A stretch of 64,000 bases of DNA, taken from NCBI RefSeq assembly GCF_000007005.1, contig NC_002754.1; one strand, written 5' to 3'. Below the pieces are notes generated by a model. That model did not search any database. It was not told where the DNA came from and was given only the letters and a program-made list of their open reading frames with translations. Shown piece after piece: positions 31,265-41,919 of the stretch. The position numbers and the translations under genes were made by a program. The stretch is from Saccharolobus solfataricus P2. GTDB lineage: Archaea > Thermoproteota > Thermoprotei_A > Sulfolobales > Sulfolobaceae. Positions within the stretch are counted from its first letter, which is position 1, and each line of letters opens with the position of its first letter.

Positions 31265-32993
31265 AGTAGAAGAGGGAAAGCTAAGAGAAGCCAAAATAAT
31301 AACTAGGCAAACTTCTGATGGCAGGGGTACAATATCTTTTAGAAATTATATAGTAGAATTCCCCTTCTCGCTAAAGGATAAATTAGGTATAGGAAAATTG
31401 CTTGCTGTAAATACAATAAAGGAAAATTACTATCTGATTTTAGAAGTTGCAGATATTATTCCGATGCATTATGGTATGATAAATCTGGACTCTACAATAC
31501 CTAAGGAGATTAGAAATGAAATCATGAAAAAAGTTAGTGAAAGTTGGTATTCGAACGATGAGAAAGAAATATGGATAGATTCAATAACTTATCCTTTGGG
31601 ATATATTCTCGAAATAAATTCGAACAATATTCAATTTAAAAAAGGATATTTCCCACCTCTATTGGGTTCCTCAGTAAAGATTTTAAATAAAAAGGCGTAT
31701 GCGTCATTTGTCTGTGCAAATAGTAATGTAAGTTTAGGAAACATTCTACATGAACAACTTTCTTTAGATATAAATTTAGAAAAAGCAATAAAGTATCACC
31801 TAGGTATTTTCGCTTTTACGGGCTCGGGTAAATCAAATTTAGCATCCTTGATAGCAAGAAAAGTGTTAGATAACCTACCCGACACTAAAGTTGTAATATT
31901 TGACGTATCAATGGAGTACGCAATACTTCTCTTAGATAAGTTGCTTGAAGTTCCATCTAGAGTTATAAGCTTAGATAGAGTTCCCCCTAATCCAGCTGAT
32001 GCGAGTAGAAAATTTTTAAGAAGTCACGTGATTCCTGACGACATTATAGATATTAGAGATAAGATAAAAAAAAGTGCAGAAATTCTACATCAAAATGGGA
32101 AAATGAAACAGTTATACGTTCCACCTGAAGGTTTTACTTACTTAACTTATGCCGATTTAATAGATCTAGTCAAAAAGCAGATAGAAGATAAATATACTGC
32201 AATATCGCAGAAACCACTACTCTATACTTTCCTAAGTAAGTTAGATAATTTCATGAGAGAAAGGAAATTGACAGTGGATGATATCATAGATGACTCTATT
32301 AATAATTTATTGGATGAAATAGAAAACTTAGGAAAAGATGCGCATTTAAAGGAGAATTCGTCACTGTTTACATTTATATCTGGTATAAGAGCATACATCT
32401 CACTCGGCATCAGAGAAACTGAAGATTATGATATAGAAAATTTAGCGATTGAAATTTTGGATTCTTCCAGGGACTCACCTAGATTATTTATTTTAGAACT
32501 CCCTAACTTAGAAGAGGGAAGGCAAGTAGTTGCGACTGTAATTAATCAAATTTACAATAGGAGAAAGAGAATGTATTCCGACAATCCTAAAGTACTATTC
32601 ATAATAGATGAAGCTCAAGAGTTTATACCTTATGATACCAAACAGAAAGATAAAAGTGAAGCCTCAAGCACTGCCATAGAGAAATTGCTTAGACATGGAA
32701 GAAAGTATCACTTACATTCACTAATAAGTACTCAAAGACTAGCTTACCTAAACACTAACGCACTGCAGCAGTTACACTCTTACTTCATAAGCACACTTCC
32801 TAGGCCGTACGATAGACAATTATTAGCTGAAACTTTTGGAATTAGTGATATGCTCTTAGATAAGACCCTAGAACTGGAACCAGGGCAATGGTTATTAGTA
32901 AGCTTTAAGTCGGCTCTCCCTCATGATGTTCCAGTATTCTTTGCCGCTGAGAACAATCTAGATTTATTAAAGGATAGAATAAATAAGCTATGA
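31245..32993 (+). CDS. HerA/FtsK-family ATPase (HAS barrel + DUF87)
   Basis: FTGSGKS Walker A, IIDEAQ Walker B, RHGRKY arginine finger, STQR. Confidence 0.9.
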   Translation: MMESIFEVEEGKLREAKIITRQTSDGRGTISFRNYIVEFPFSLKDKLGIGKLLAVNTIKENYYLILEVADIIPMHYGMINLDSTIPKEIRNEIMKKVSESWYSNDEKEIWIDSITYPLGYILEINSNNIQFKKGYFPPLLGSSVKILNKKAYASFVCANSNVSLGNILHEQLSLDINLEKAIKYHLGIFAFTGSGKSNLASLIARKVLDNLPDTKVVIFDVSMEYAILLLDKLLEVPSRVISLDRVPPNPADASRKFLRSHVIPDDIIDIRDKIKKSAEILHQNGKMKQLYVPPEGFTYLTYADLIDLVKKQIEDKYTAISQKPLLYTFLSKLDNFMRERKLTVDDIIDDSINNLLDEIENLGKDAHLKENSSLFTFISGIRAYISLGIRETEDYDIENLAIEILDSSRDSPRLFILELPNLEEGRQVVATVINQIYNRRKRMYSDNPKVLFIIDEAQEFIPYDTKQKDKSEASSTAIEKLLRHGRKYHLHSLISTQRLAYLNTNALQQLHSYFISTLPRPYDRQLLAETFGISDMLLDKTLELEPGQWLLVSFKSALPHDVPVFFAAENNLDLLKDRINKL

Positions 32994-33257
32994 CTGTACT
33001 TCTATTTCTTCCAAATTTTGATCAGCAAAGGCCTTGTAAGAGCTCTTAGACATAATTAGAATTGTAAGGTTTATCTCATCAGTATGTTTGTATACCTCAT
33101 CATAAATTGCATCTATTAGTTTAGACTTTTCTTTGCAATTAGCCGTTCTAACTATGATTAGATAGTATGCACCACTTTCATCTTTAAAAAGGTGAACTTC
33201 GCCATCTTTATTTAGTTCCCTTGCCTTCTTATATGCAGTCAGAATAGCGTTTTCCAT
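32988..33257 (-). CDS. Hypothetical 89-aa protein (possibly a degenerate nucleotidyltransferase fold)
   Basis: ORF with its own TATA (ttataa ~33272). GEVHLF..YYLIIV..INLTILI pattern. Confidence 0.65.
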   Translation of the reverse strand: MENAILTAYKKARELNKDGEVHLFKDESGAYYLIIVRTANCKEKSKLIDAIYDEVYKHTDEINLTILIMSKSSYKAFADQNLEEIEVQS

Positions 33258-33272
33258 ATAATACTAATTAAC

Positions 33273-34178
33273 TTATAAACTAATATATCCAGCGACTCTT
33301 GGTTTTCCCTGTCTGACGTTAACGTTTAAGACAAGTATCCTATTGTCAACAATAGGTATTGGAACAGATGACATAATCTTAGCTTTTTGATTATCGACTT
33401 TTATATTAGCTGCAATTCCATGACCCTTAACTATTATGTGATTTTGACCTTGATTTATAGTGGACCATTTGTAATTAGTTATTTGTCCTTCTATTTCCTT
33501 TACAACCTTAACATTTGGCTTAACCAAATACAGTAAATCTTCTATTTCCTCTTCTTTTACGTTTTTCAGAGCAAACCCTATTCTAACTCCGGTTGAAACA
33601 CTCTTTTGATCCTCATCTAAAACTTGAATACTCTTTATTTCAACCTCCTTATTATAAGGTAACGCCACTAATTTCTCATGAACTTCAACATTGGTAAATG
33701 AGAATCCAGTAACTACGGTTCCAACACCTTTGACTGTGAATACTCTATCTACATATACTATTCCCTTATCCTCCTCTTCGGTCTCGCTTAAGTCTGGAAT
33801 ATCATTATATAGATCGAATTTAGTAAAGGAGCTTAAAGAGCCTAAAATATTATTTATTTTACCTTGATCTAAGTTGGATATTACTATCTTGTTATGCGTA
33901 TTTAGAGAATCAATTAAAAGTGCTAGCTCTCCATCCATCCACGTTAAAGTTTCTGGTATATATAATATTGCAGTCGACGAGAGTGATAATGCTTCAGCTA
34001 AATCTATAATTTTTTCCGGATACTCTGTAGTCAATAGGATTGATCTAATGTATTCCCCCTTTTTTCTATAATATATTTTTGTCTTGGCGGTTTCATGAAG
34101 CTTACCTAGTTTTTCGGCTATCCCAGTTAGTTTATTCTTATCTGACGATAAGACTGTAATTATACTCCCGTAATACAT
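33273..34178 (-). CDS. SelB-like elongation-factor homolog with degenerate G domain
   Basis: EF-Tu/SelB domain II motifs VDRVFTVKGVGTVVTG, EIKSIQ and RIGFALK; no GxxxxGK(S/T). Confidence 0.8.
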   Translation of the reverse strand: MYYGSIITVLSSDKNKLTGIAEKLGKLHETAKTKIYYRKKGEYIRSILLTTEYPEKIIDLAEALSLSSTAILYIPETLTWMDGELALLIDSLNTHNKIVISNLDQGKINNILGSLSSFTKFDLYNDIPDLSETEEEDKGIVYVDRVFTVKGVGTVVTGFSFTNVEVHEKLVALPYNKEVEIKSIQVLDEDQKSVSTGVRIGFALKNVKEEEIEDLLYLVKPNVKVVKEIEGQITNYKWSTINQGQNHIIVKGHGIAANIKVDNQKAKIMSSVPIPIVDNRILVLNVNVRQGKPRVAGYISL

Positions 34179-34228
34179 ACGCTCACCTTAATATAAAGTT
34201 TATAAAGCTTATAACAAAAGATTAACAT

Positions 34229-34510
34229 ATGAAGTTAATTGCGGCTGGTCTCACATTAATATTTCTTGGTTTCATCCTACTCTTCCTAGGTGTAGTATTG
34301 CAAGTTCAAACTCCCCAGACAACTACTTCATCTTCTCCGCAATTCGCAGGATTAGTGTTATTAGGACCAATTCCAATAGCCTTTGGCAATGTCCCACCAT
34401 CGGTCTTAAGTAACCTAATTATAGTAGGTGTTGTATTTACCATAATAATGTTAATCATCTATTTAATAATGTTTATAATTGGAAGAAAAACTACCAGAGC
34501 TCCATTTTAG
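34229..34510 (+). CDS. DUF131 (TIGR00304-like) membrane protein
   Basis: [14 protein letters not shown] motif between two TM helices. Confidence 0.8.
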   Translation: MKLIAAGLTLIFLGFILLFLGVVLQVQTPQTTTSSSPQFAGLVLLGPIPIAFGNVPPSVLSNLIIVGVVFTIIMLIIYLIMFIIGRKTTRAPF

Positions 34511-35598
34511 TTAGGAATTATTAAACTTCTTATTGCCTCTCCTTGCTCCAATAATTTTACTGCCTCGTTAATTTCTTCTAATCTGAACTTTCCAGTCACT
34601 AACGCAGTAGGGTCATATTTTCCCAATTTTACAAGTTCAATAAGTCTAGGCATATCTACTCTAGGCCTCCCTCCATAGTCTCCTATGATTTTAATACCCC
34701 CTCTAACTATACTTGCTATCCTAATTGGAATTTCAGCAGTAGTTGGAGGTAATCCCACTAGTACTACCTTTCCTCCTATTCTAACCATATCTAAAGACAT
34801 TTTCACTGTTTCCGTAGTTCCTGCTACTTCTATTACAACATCCGGCCCTCCTCCAGTAATATTCTTAACAGCTCTAACAACATCAGTCTCTTTAGAGTTA
34901 ACTACATCACTAGCTCCTAGCTCTAACGCCTTTTCCAATTTCCATTTTCTAGTCCCGACTGCTATTATCCTTCCGGCACCAGCAATCTTTAACATCTGTA
35001 TCACAGACAATCCTACACCGCCAACTCCAATTACAGCAACTGTTTCACCAGGCTCTATTTTAGCGGAATTTACAGCACCATAAGCAGTTAAACCTGCACA
35101 ACCCAATACTGCAACCTTTCTTAAATCCAAATCTTCCGGAACTTTAGTTAATGCAGTATAAGGTACCATTGCGTATTCTGCAAATCCTCCTCCTAAAAAT
35201 GCCCTTATCGGAGTTCCATCCTTAAAGTGTAATCTAGTTGTACCATCTAGTAATGTCCCATTTAGTCTATTTTTCGCAAAGACTTCACATAAATTCTCCT
35301 TTCCCGTTATACAATTTTTGCATTTACCGCAGGGATGAATAAATGCTGATATAACCCTATCGCCAGGTTTAAAGTCTGTAACGTTATTTCCTACCTCCTC
35401 TATAACACCAGCTATTTCATGTCCCGCAATGACTGGTGGAGGGACTGGAGTTTTTCCTTCAAATACATTTACATCTGAATGACATAAGCCAGTTGCCTCA
35501 ATTCTAATCTTTGTTTCACCTACCTTAGGTTCATCTATTTGAATATTATCCTCAATAATTAATGGCTCATTATATTTATACAATATTGCTCCTTTCAT
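34507..35598 (-). CDS. Zn-dependent alcohol dehydrogenase, probably succinate semialdehyde reductase (3HP/4HB cycle)
   Basis: CHSD, GHE, CGKCKNC..C and GVGGVG motifs. Closely resembles the Metallosphaera enzyme as I recall it ([28 protein letters not shown]). Confidence 0.8.
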   Translation of the reverse strand: MKGAILYKYNEPLIIEDNIQIDEPKVGETKIRIEATGLCHSDVNVFEGKTPVPPPVIAGHEIAGVIEEVGNNVTDFKPGDRVISAFIHPCGKCKNCITGKENLCEVFAKNRLNGTLLDGTTRLHFKDGTPIRAFLGGGFAEYAMVPYTALTKVPEDLDLRKVAVLGCAGLTAYGAVNSAKIEPGETVAVIGVGGVGLSVIQMLKIAGAGRIIAVGTRKWKLEKALELGASDVVNSKETDVVRAVKNITGGGPDVVIEVAGTTETVKMSLDMVRIGGKVVLVGLPPTTAEIPIRIASIVRGGIKIIGDYGGRPRVDMPRLIELVKLGKYDPTALVTGKFRLEEINEAVKLLEQGEAIRSLIIPN

Positions 35599-35677
35599 TA
35601 GTATAAGGTACAGTATAATCATATTTAAACATTTCTAAACATCTCCCTTTATAACTGCGAAAACTATTCATTATATC

Positions 35678-37012
35678 GTGGTACGATTACGATACTTTAA
35701 ATGTTTATTACTATCCGATTTTTCAGCTCCCGGTTTAAGCTGGAATGATGAGTTTAAGTGCTATATAGGCCAAGCAAACAAGTATCGAGAAGTCCTTTAT
35801 TACTATAAGAGGTCTCACGTTGAAGTTGAGGATAGCGTCCTAGAGTTATTACCTTTTCCTTTGATTGTAGATCGAATAAAATTAAGGGAATATCAGCAAG
35901 AGGCTTTGAATGCATGGTTAAAGAGTAAGCTAGGGATAATAGTGATTCCCACTGGAGGTGGAAAAACTGTAATAGGATTGAAGGCCATAGCTCTGATTAG
36001 GCTTGCTACACTAATAATAGTGCCTACAATCGATTTATTACAGCAATGGTATGAAAATATAAGAGAGTTACTTGGAGTTGAGGCGGGGAGGGTAGGGGGA
36101 GGATATGATGAACTTAAGGGAATAACCGTAATTACGTATGATTCAGCGTACACTCAGCTAGAGAAAATAGGAAATAAATTTGGATTAGTAATTTTTGATG
36201 AAGTTCATCATCTACCTTCAGAAGGATATTCCATAATAGCTCAAGGTTTAGCTGCCCCATATAGATTAGGCTTGACTGCTACGCCAGAAAGAAGTGACGG
36301 AAGACACAAACTGTATCCATCACTCGTTGGGCCCTTAGTATATAGGATTACAGTTTCTAACCTAGTCGGAAAATATCTTTCAAGTTTTGAAATTCAACGT
36401 ATATACGTAAATCTCACTGAAGACGAAGAGAAATTATATAGGCACTATAGAGGAATCCTAAAGAAATTTTTATCTCAACGTAATCTTAAGTTAAAGTCAT
36501 TGAATGATTTCAATAGGCTACTTAGGCTAGCAGTTAAGGATAAGGAAGCTAGAGAGGCATTATTAGCATGGCATGAAGCTCTCAAGATAGCTGTAAATTC
36601 CAAGGCAAAGTTAGAGAAGCTTAAAGACTTGCTCAAGGAGCTAAATGGTGAGAAAATTATAATATTTACTAGAAATACGTCAATGGTATACGAGATATCA
36701 AGACTATTCTTAATTCCTGCAGTTACATACAAGACGAATAAGCAAGAAAGGATAGAGATTCTGGAGAAATTTAGATCTGGAAAATACAATGTAATAGTAA
36801 CTTCTAGTGTCCTCGATGAAGGTATTGACGTTCCAGATGCTTCTATTGGTATAGTTCTAGGAGGTTATGGAACCTCTAGGCAATTCATACAGAGGTTAGG
36901 TAGAATCTTAAGGAAGAAAGAGAATAAAAAAGCTAGATTGATAGAAATAATAACTAAAGGTACTAGTGATTATAATTTAAGTAAAAGGCGAAGACAAAAT
37001 GCTAACCTCTGA
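35678..37012 (+). CDS. xpb: XPB-family helicase (Bax1-associated copy)
   Basis: PTGGGKT, DEVH, TATPER, GIDVPDA and QRLGRILR motifs. Confidence 0.93.
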   Translation: MVRLRYFKCLLLSDFSAPGLSWNDEFKCYIGQANKYREVLYYYKRSHVEVEDSVLELLPFPLIVDRIKLREYQQEALNAWLKSKLGIIVIPTGGGKTVIGLKAIALIRLATLIIVPTIDLLQQWYENIRELLGVEAGRVGGGYDELKGITVITYDSAYTQLEKIGNKFGLVIFDEVHHLPSEGYSIIAQGLAAPYRLGLTATPERSDGRHKLYPSLVGPLVYRITVSNLVGKYLSSFEIQRIYVNLTEDEEKLYRHYRGILKKFLSQRNLKLKSLNDFNRLLRLAVKDKEAREALLAWHEALKIAVNSKAKLEKLKDLLKELNGEKIIIFTRNTSMVYEISRLFLIPAVTYKTNKQERIEILEKFRSGKYNVIVTSSVLDEGIDVPDASIGIVLGGYGTSRQFIQRLGRILRKKENKKARLIEIITKGTSDYNLSKRRRQNANL

Positions 37013-38456
37013 TCTAGCTAGGTTTAAGATAGAAAATCAGAGGATAATTCCACTATTTGCTACAGATTCTGACATAGATGTAGCAAAGGAAGTCATTGAC
37101 ATGTTTAAAATAGGAGCAAAAGTTGGTGATATTCTAGAAGATTTAAAATATTTATCTAAAATATATGATTATAAACTAGTCAAGGGATTAGGGAAAATTT
37201 ATCTAAGATATTGTATCGTTGAAAGTGCGACTAAGATCGATTATATAGAATTGCGTAGGCAATTATTTAGTAGGGGTCCAGTATTAGAGGAGAACGATAA
37301 GGAGAGAGTATTAAAAGAGGTCGGTGACCTTTTTCACGTTGATCCCATAAAGGCTATGTATGAAGACCTTGACGTTGAAAAGAAAATAGTGGAACTCCCT
37401 AAATTTTCTCCAGAAGATCTATTAAAAATATATAATCTTTCCCTTTTGCAAACCATTATTTTCAACGCGTATAAGGTTACAGTTTCCGTTAGTGATGGCT
37501 GGAAAGAAATCGCGAGAAGAATAAAAATGCTAGGATTAATGTATTTAGCGTATGAAAATCCGCTTAGAATAGAGATTTTTGGTCCATTGTCCCTAGTAAA
37601 GATGACAGAGAAATATGGGAGAAATTTAGCTGCATTAGTACCGTTTTTAGTCTCTAAGAATAAGTGGACTATTATAGCTGATATAGTTTTAGGCAAAAAT
37701 AAAAGAAGAACCTATAGACTGGAACTCTCGAGCGGCTATTCTAAACTCTTTAAGTATATTAATGATGAAGAGATGGAAAAGAGGTTTGATAGTTCAATTG
37801 AGGAAAAGTTTTACGAGGAGTTCAGAAGGGTCATAAGGGATTGGAATATAGTAAGGGAACCAGAACCTATAGTGATAGAAAAAAGGCTTTATTTTCCGGA
37901 TTTCGTACTTAGTAAAGGTAATATCAAAGTGTATGTAGAGATAATGGGATTTTGGACTAAAGAATATGTAAATTCTAAGATAGAGAAACTGAGAAACTTC
38001 AAATATCCGATTTTAGTTCTCTTGAATGAAGAGCTTTCATACGAAAATTACATACCGGATACTTTAAATGTAATAAAATTTAAGAAAAAAATTGATATAG
38101 GTAAACTGTATTCAGCTTTAAGAGGCTTTCAAGCAAATGTTAACGAGGATATCGACTTAAGTGATGTTAATGACGATATTATCTTGATTAAGGAGCTGTC
38201 TGCCAAATATAATGTTAATGAGAAGATAGTTAGAAGCAAGTTGATGCAAAGACCTGATTATATAGTACTTAAAAATTACGCTATAAAGAAAACGTTTATA
38301 GAAGAGCTAAAAAAGGAAGATTTCTCAAATACGCAACTTTCTTCATTAGTTAACAAATATGGAAATTATATAGTTGACATTATAGATTATCTAGGTTATA
38401 AAATTGTCTGGAAAAACATTTCCGATGCAATTGTAGAAAAGATCAAAGAGGTTTAA
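36999..38456 (+). CDS. bax1: Bax1 endonuclease (DUF790)
   Basis: MLTSDL, GPLSL..TEKYGRNLA, FDSSIE and PDF..EIMGFWT motifs; overlaps xpb. Confidence 0.9.
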   Translation: MLTSDLARFKIENQRIIPLFATDSDIDVAKEVIDMFKIGAKVGDILEDLKYLSKIYDYKLVKGLGKIYLRYCIVESATKIDYIELRRQLFSRGPVLEENDKERVLKEVGDLFHVDPIKAMYEDLDVEKKIVELPKFSPEDLLKIYNLSLLQTIIFNAYKVTVSVSDGWKEIARRIKMLGLMYLAYENPLRIEIFGPLSLVKMTEKYGRNLAALVPFLVSKNKWTIIADIVLGKNKRRTYRLELSSGYSKLFKYINDEEMEKRFDSSIEEKFYEEFRRVIRDWNIVREPEPIVIEKRLYFPDFVLSKGNIKVYVEIMGFWTKEYVNSKIEKLRNFKYPILVLLNEELSYENYIPDTLNVIKFKKKIDIGKLYSALRGFQANVNEDIDLSDVNDDIILIKELSAKYNVNEKIVRSKLMQRPDYIVLKNYAIKKTFIEELKKEDFSNTQLSSLVNKYGNYIVDIIDYLGYKIVWKNISDAIVEKIKEV

Positions 38457-40029
38457 AGGCTAACCTGAATAACCAGTAGATCGCCTTTATCACTCCCGTC
38501 GTGTTATTGAGATTGATACTTGCGAAAGTGTACGCATATTTCCCTTGTGTCTCTTTTAGTTGTTTAAATACCCATTCAATGCTGTAGAATATTTTGTCTA
38601 TCATGTATTGGACAGTCCTTTGAGCGAATTTGTTCTTGATACCTCCAGTGAGAATTGGTATCATCTCTCTCGTTATCTGTAAATCGTATTTCCACGATAT
38701 GTATAGTACATCCCAATATCTGGTGGGCATTTTTTCTAACACTGGAAATGGATTATTTCTTATATAAGAAACTCCCATAGGTATGACCGGCAATGGGAAT
38801 ATCCAAGCTTTAAGTTTATGATCAATTATGGACTGAACTAAATCAATTGATTGATCAACATCTTCATTTGTCTCCTCTGGATAACCTATTGTCATAGTGT
38901 AACAAGGATAGATGTAATTATCGTTCATTATCGCAGTCGCATCAAGTATGACATCTTTCCACTCTCTAGGAGTCCAAGGGAATGGCTTTGCTCTCATGTA
39001 CTTACTTAGTATCTTCTCACTTCCACTCTCTAGTCCAACCACTGGAGCAGCAGCTCTATCCTCATCATATCTTGCAATCTCAGACATAGCCTTTACTGTT
39101 TGTGGACTACTTCTAACAGCTGGGGCAGAGATATGTGGAAACCATATCCCATCTACTCCCATATTCATGGTTTCGGTAAACAACTTTGTAATAGCTTCGT
39201 GATTTACCCTCAACTTCTGTGAACCGTACAGTAGGACATCATCAGTTATAAATTCAACCCTCTTTACACCAGCCCTCATGTTAACTTCAACTTCCTTCTT
39301 CACAACGTCTAATGGTATCGTTCTAAAGGTTTCAGGGGTTATTGGACAGAATTGACATCCTCTTGGACATCCTCTGGTTATTTGAACTTCCCCTAGTCTT
39401 GCAGGGTTTATTATTGGTGGTATTTCATTTACCTTTGGATTCTTGCCATAGACAACTTTAGGGACTTCTTGTCCATCAATTATGGATTTTACAACTCGTG
39501 GTAGATCTGCTTCAGCTTCTCCTATGAATATAACATCTGCCCAATCCTTATTCTCCTTGGTTAACTCCCAGCTCCCTGGCCCACCTACTATTACTTTAAA
39601 ATTATACTTTGACTTAAGCTTCGAGATCTTTTCTCCAAATTCTTCGAAATATTTGGCTGTCCATGTAGGACCACCTCCAAATATCATACTTAACTTAAAG
39701 CTAACTGGATTTAGGCCAAAGGGATCATGAACTGTTAATCCCACTACTTTAGTCTTCTGGTTTATTGCTTTCTCTAGTCTGTGCGGAGGTATTACTACAA
39801 CGCTATCGAATCCCGCATGAACAAGCGTACTTTCTACTTTTCTAAGAGCGTACGGTGCTACTATTGCTCTTCCTTCAGAATCCACTGGGACATCTGGAGT
39901 GAAGAATCTATCCATAAAGAATTTGGGTATTAGTCTTGATGGCATGCAAGCTACATAACCTAATACACTTGAACCCCCATAATCTGTAAAAGACCCTTTA
40001 TCCGCGGTTAATATGATCTCCCATGCCAT
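38443..40029 (-). CDS. B12-binding-type radical SAM enzyme, probable GDGT ring synthase (Grs family)
   Basis: CPRGCQFC, N-terminal ILTADKGSFTDY..APYALRKVE, GGPG and GEAE motifs; 528 aa. Confidence 0.7.
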   Translation of the reverse strand: MAWEIILTADKGSFTDYGGSSVLGYVACMPSRLIPKFFMDRFFTPDVPVDSEGRAIVAPYALRKVESTLVHAGFDSVVVIPPHRLEKAINQKTKVVGLTVHDPFGLNPVSFKLSMIFGGGPTWTAKYFEEFGEKISKLKSKYNFKVIVGGPGSWELTKENKDWADVIFIGEAEADLPRVVKSIIDGQEVPKVVYGKNPKVNEIPPIINPARLGEVQITRGCPRGCQFCPITPETFRTIPLDVVKKEVEVNMRAGVKRVEFITDDVLLYGSQKLRVNHEAITKLFTETMNMGVDGIWFPHISAPAVRSSPQTVKAMSEIARYDEDRAAAPVVGLESGSEKILSKYMRAKPFPWTPREWKDVILDATAIMNDNYIYPCYTMTIGYPEETNEDVDQSIDLVQSIIDHKLKAWIFPLPVIPMGVSYIRNNPFPVLEKMPTRYWDVLYISWKYDLQITREMIPILTGGIKNKFAQRTVQYMIDKIFYSIEWVFKQLKETQGKYAYTFASINLNNTTGVIKAIYWLFRLAFKPL

Positions 40030-40240
40030 AATATTATATTTTACTTTCCTACTATAAAAAGTATTCATTATAGGGCGTATAAAAGAGTAATATTTAATTT
40101 ATGTAAACTTTTTTATTGTATATAGAATTATACTAAAGCTTGGAACTATTACGTCTAATTACTTTTAGCTAGTTAAATGTAAACAATCTTACTATGTGAG
40201 AAAGTTAAAAAGGGAGGCATATAAATTAAATAATATTAAG

Positions 40241-41338
40241 ATGTTACAGCAAGATGTTAAATATTCTGAAGAAGTGATAGAGGCTGAATTTTCAGTTGAA
40301 GGGTATAGCCTCATCGATTATAAAAGATCTTATACGTTAAGTCGAGCTTTAGTTAATGGTAAATGGATAGTTTATGATGGTAACAGATTAGAGAGTAGTC
40401 AAAAAATAAAGGAGTTTGAAATTTGTGAAGACTTTTATCATGAATCAGTGAAGGCGTGGCCGAATAAGGAAAAGTATTCCAGACTCTTCACTAATATTAA
40501 ATTAAATGAAGATGACCAACTAAAAGTTATAAGCAAGAAAATTTCAAAGTCTATCTTAATTCACGATGTTAAGGAGTGCCGCGAAGAAAAAGTAGTAAAC
40601 TATGTAGAGTATAACGATTTAAATTTCTCATATGCTGGTAACCCTAAAGATATACCGTCAATTGTAGAATATTTAAGGGCAAGTCAGTCCCAACTTACTT
40701 CTCCATCTAGACAAGTCTTAACTGAGAGTGGCAGACTAACTTTCATATTAGATTCTGAAATAGTAGCCTCCATTTTCCATTACGTTCTTAGGAATTTTTT
40801 AAATGGTAACTCACCTAAGTTGAAATTAAATGAAAAAATATCAAGTGAAATTACAATTTATGATAATCCATTAAATTCATTCTCCTCATCCTTTTCAGTC
40901 TTTGATGATGAGGGAGTAAAAACAAAGAAGAAAGAGATTATTGGAGATGGGATAATTACAAATTATTTAGGAACACTTACTTCAAAGTACGGTGAAGCAG
41001 GGAACGCACGAGGTATTTTACCAAAACCAGATTATTTCTCCTTAGAAGTAAAGCAAGGAGACTGGTCTCTTAATGAACTAATTGATGAAAGTAGAGGGGC
41101 GTACATTGCCATGGGTGTTAAGAAGTCGGAATTAATACGTAATAGTATTAGAATAACTCCGAGAAGTGTAGTTAAAATAGGCCAAGGACAAATATTCTTT
41201 AGGGAGATTGCAATTCCACTTCAAGAACTGGTTACAATTGATGCTGTTACTAGAGAGAATAGAGGGGTATTTATTGACGAGGAACATGGAGGTGTAACTC
41301 CATACGTAAGAATGAAGGTAAGAGCGATATTGTACTAA
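40241..41338 (+). CDS. TldD/PmbA-family protein (degenerate)
   Basis: [30 protein letters not shown] and GNARG motifs. Confidence 0.75.
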   Translation: MLQQDVKYSEEVIEAEFSVEGYSLIDYKRSYTLSRALVNGKWIVYDGNRLESSQKIKEFEICEDFYHESVKAWPNKEKYSRLFTNIKLNEDDQLKVISKKISKSILIHDVKECREEKVVNYVEYNDLNFSYAGNPKDIPSIVEYLRASQSQLTSPSRQVLTESGRLTFILDSEIVASIFHYVLRNFLNGNSPKLKLNEKISSEITIYDNPLNSFSSSFSVFDDEGVKTKKKEIIGDGIITNYLGTLTSKYGEAGNARGILPKPDYFSLEVKQGDWSLNELIDESRGAYIAMGVKKSELIRNSIRITPRSVVKIGQGQIFFREIAIPLQELVTIDAVTRENRGVFIDEEHGGVTPYVRMKVRAILY

Positions 41339-41370
41339 AGCAAGATATAATAAATGCATATGATAATATA

Positions 41371-41919
41371 GTGTATAGAAGAAAGCCTAATCCTTATGTC
41401 AAATTGATAAATGGAGATAAGATTATTGATGTAGGTTGTGGATCTGGTCAAAATTGTGACCAATTTAAGGGAAGACTAGTTATTTGCTTAGATCTTTCAC
41501 TAAATCAATTAAATCAAGCTCGTAAAAAAGGATGTCAAAATTTAGTACAAGCAGATATGGAATATTTACCATTTAGAGATTCATCAGTTGATTCTCTAGC
41601 CTATATAGCGTCTCTTCATCATTTGAGAGATCCATCTCAAGCTTTAGGGGAAGCTCAAAGGGTGCTAAAAGATAAAGGTGAAATACTGGTTACTGTATGG
41701 TTAGTACAACTAAAGTTTTTCTTCTTAAGAAGATATATAATCAAGAGAAGTCTCATAAACGGCAAAGAGGTTAGACGTTTCTATAGACTTTATTACCCTT
41801 GGGAATTAAAGCGAATAATGGAAAGCAAGGGTTTCGTTACAAAAATCTATAAGTTATATAGAGTAAATAGTTTATTGCCAAATAATTCCCTTTATTACGG
41901 TATCAAATCAACTGCTTAG
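41371..41919 (+). CDS. Class I SAM methyltransferase, Trm9/AlkBH8-like
   Basis: DVGCGSG, IASLHH and VRRFYRLY motifs; convergent with elp3. Confidence 0.7.
   Translation: MYRRKPNPYVKLINGDKIIDVGCGSGQNCDQFKGRLVICLDLSLNQLNQARKKGCQNLVQADMEYLPFRDSSVDSLAYIASLHHLRDPSQALGEAQRVLKDKGEILVTVWLVQLKFFFLRRYIIKRSLINGKEVRRFYRLYYPWELKRIMESKGFVTKIYKLYRVNSLLPNNSLYYGIKSTA

Noticed and set aside
34191-34215. 9-bp period TATAAAG repeats
   Set aside because: Explained by back-to-back TATA boxes of divergent genes.
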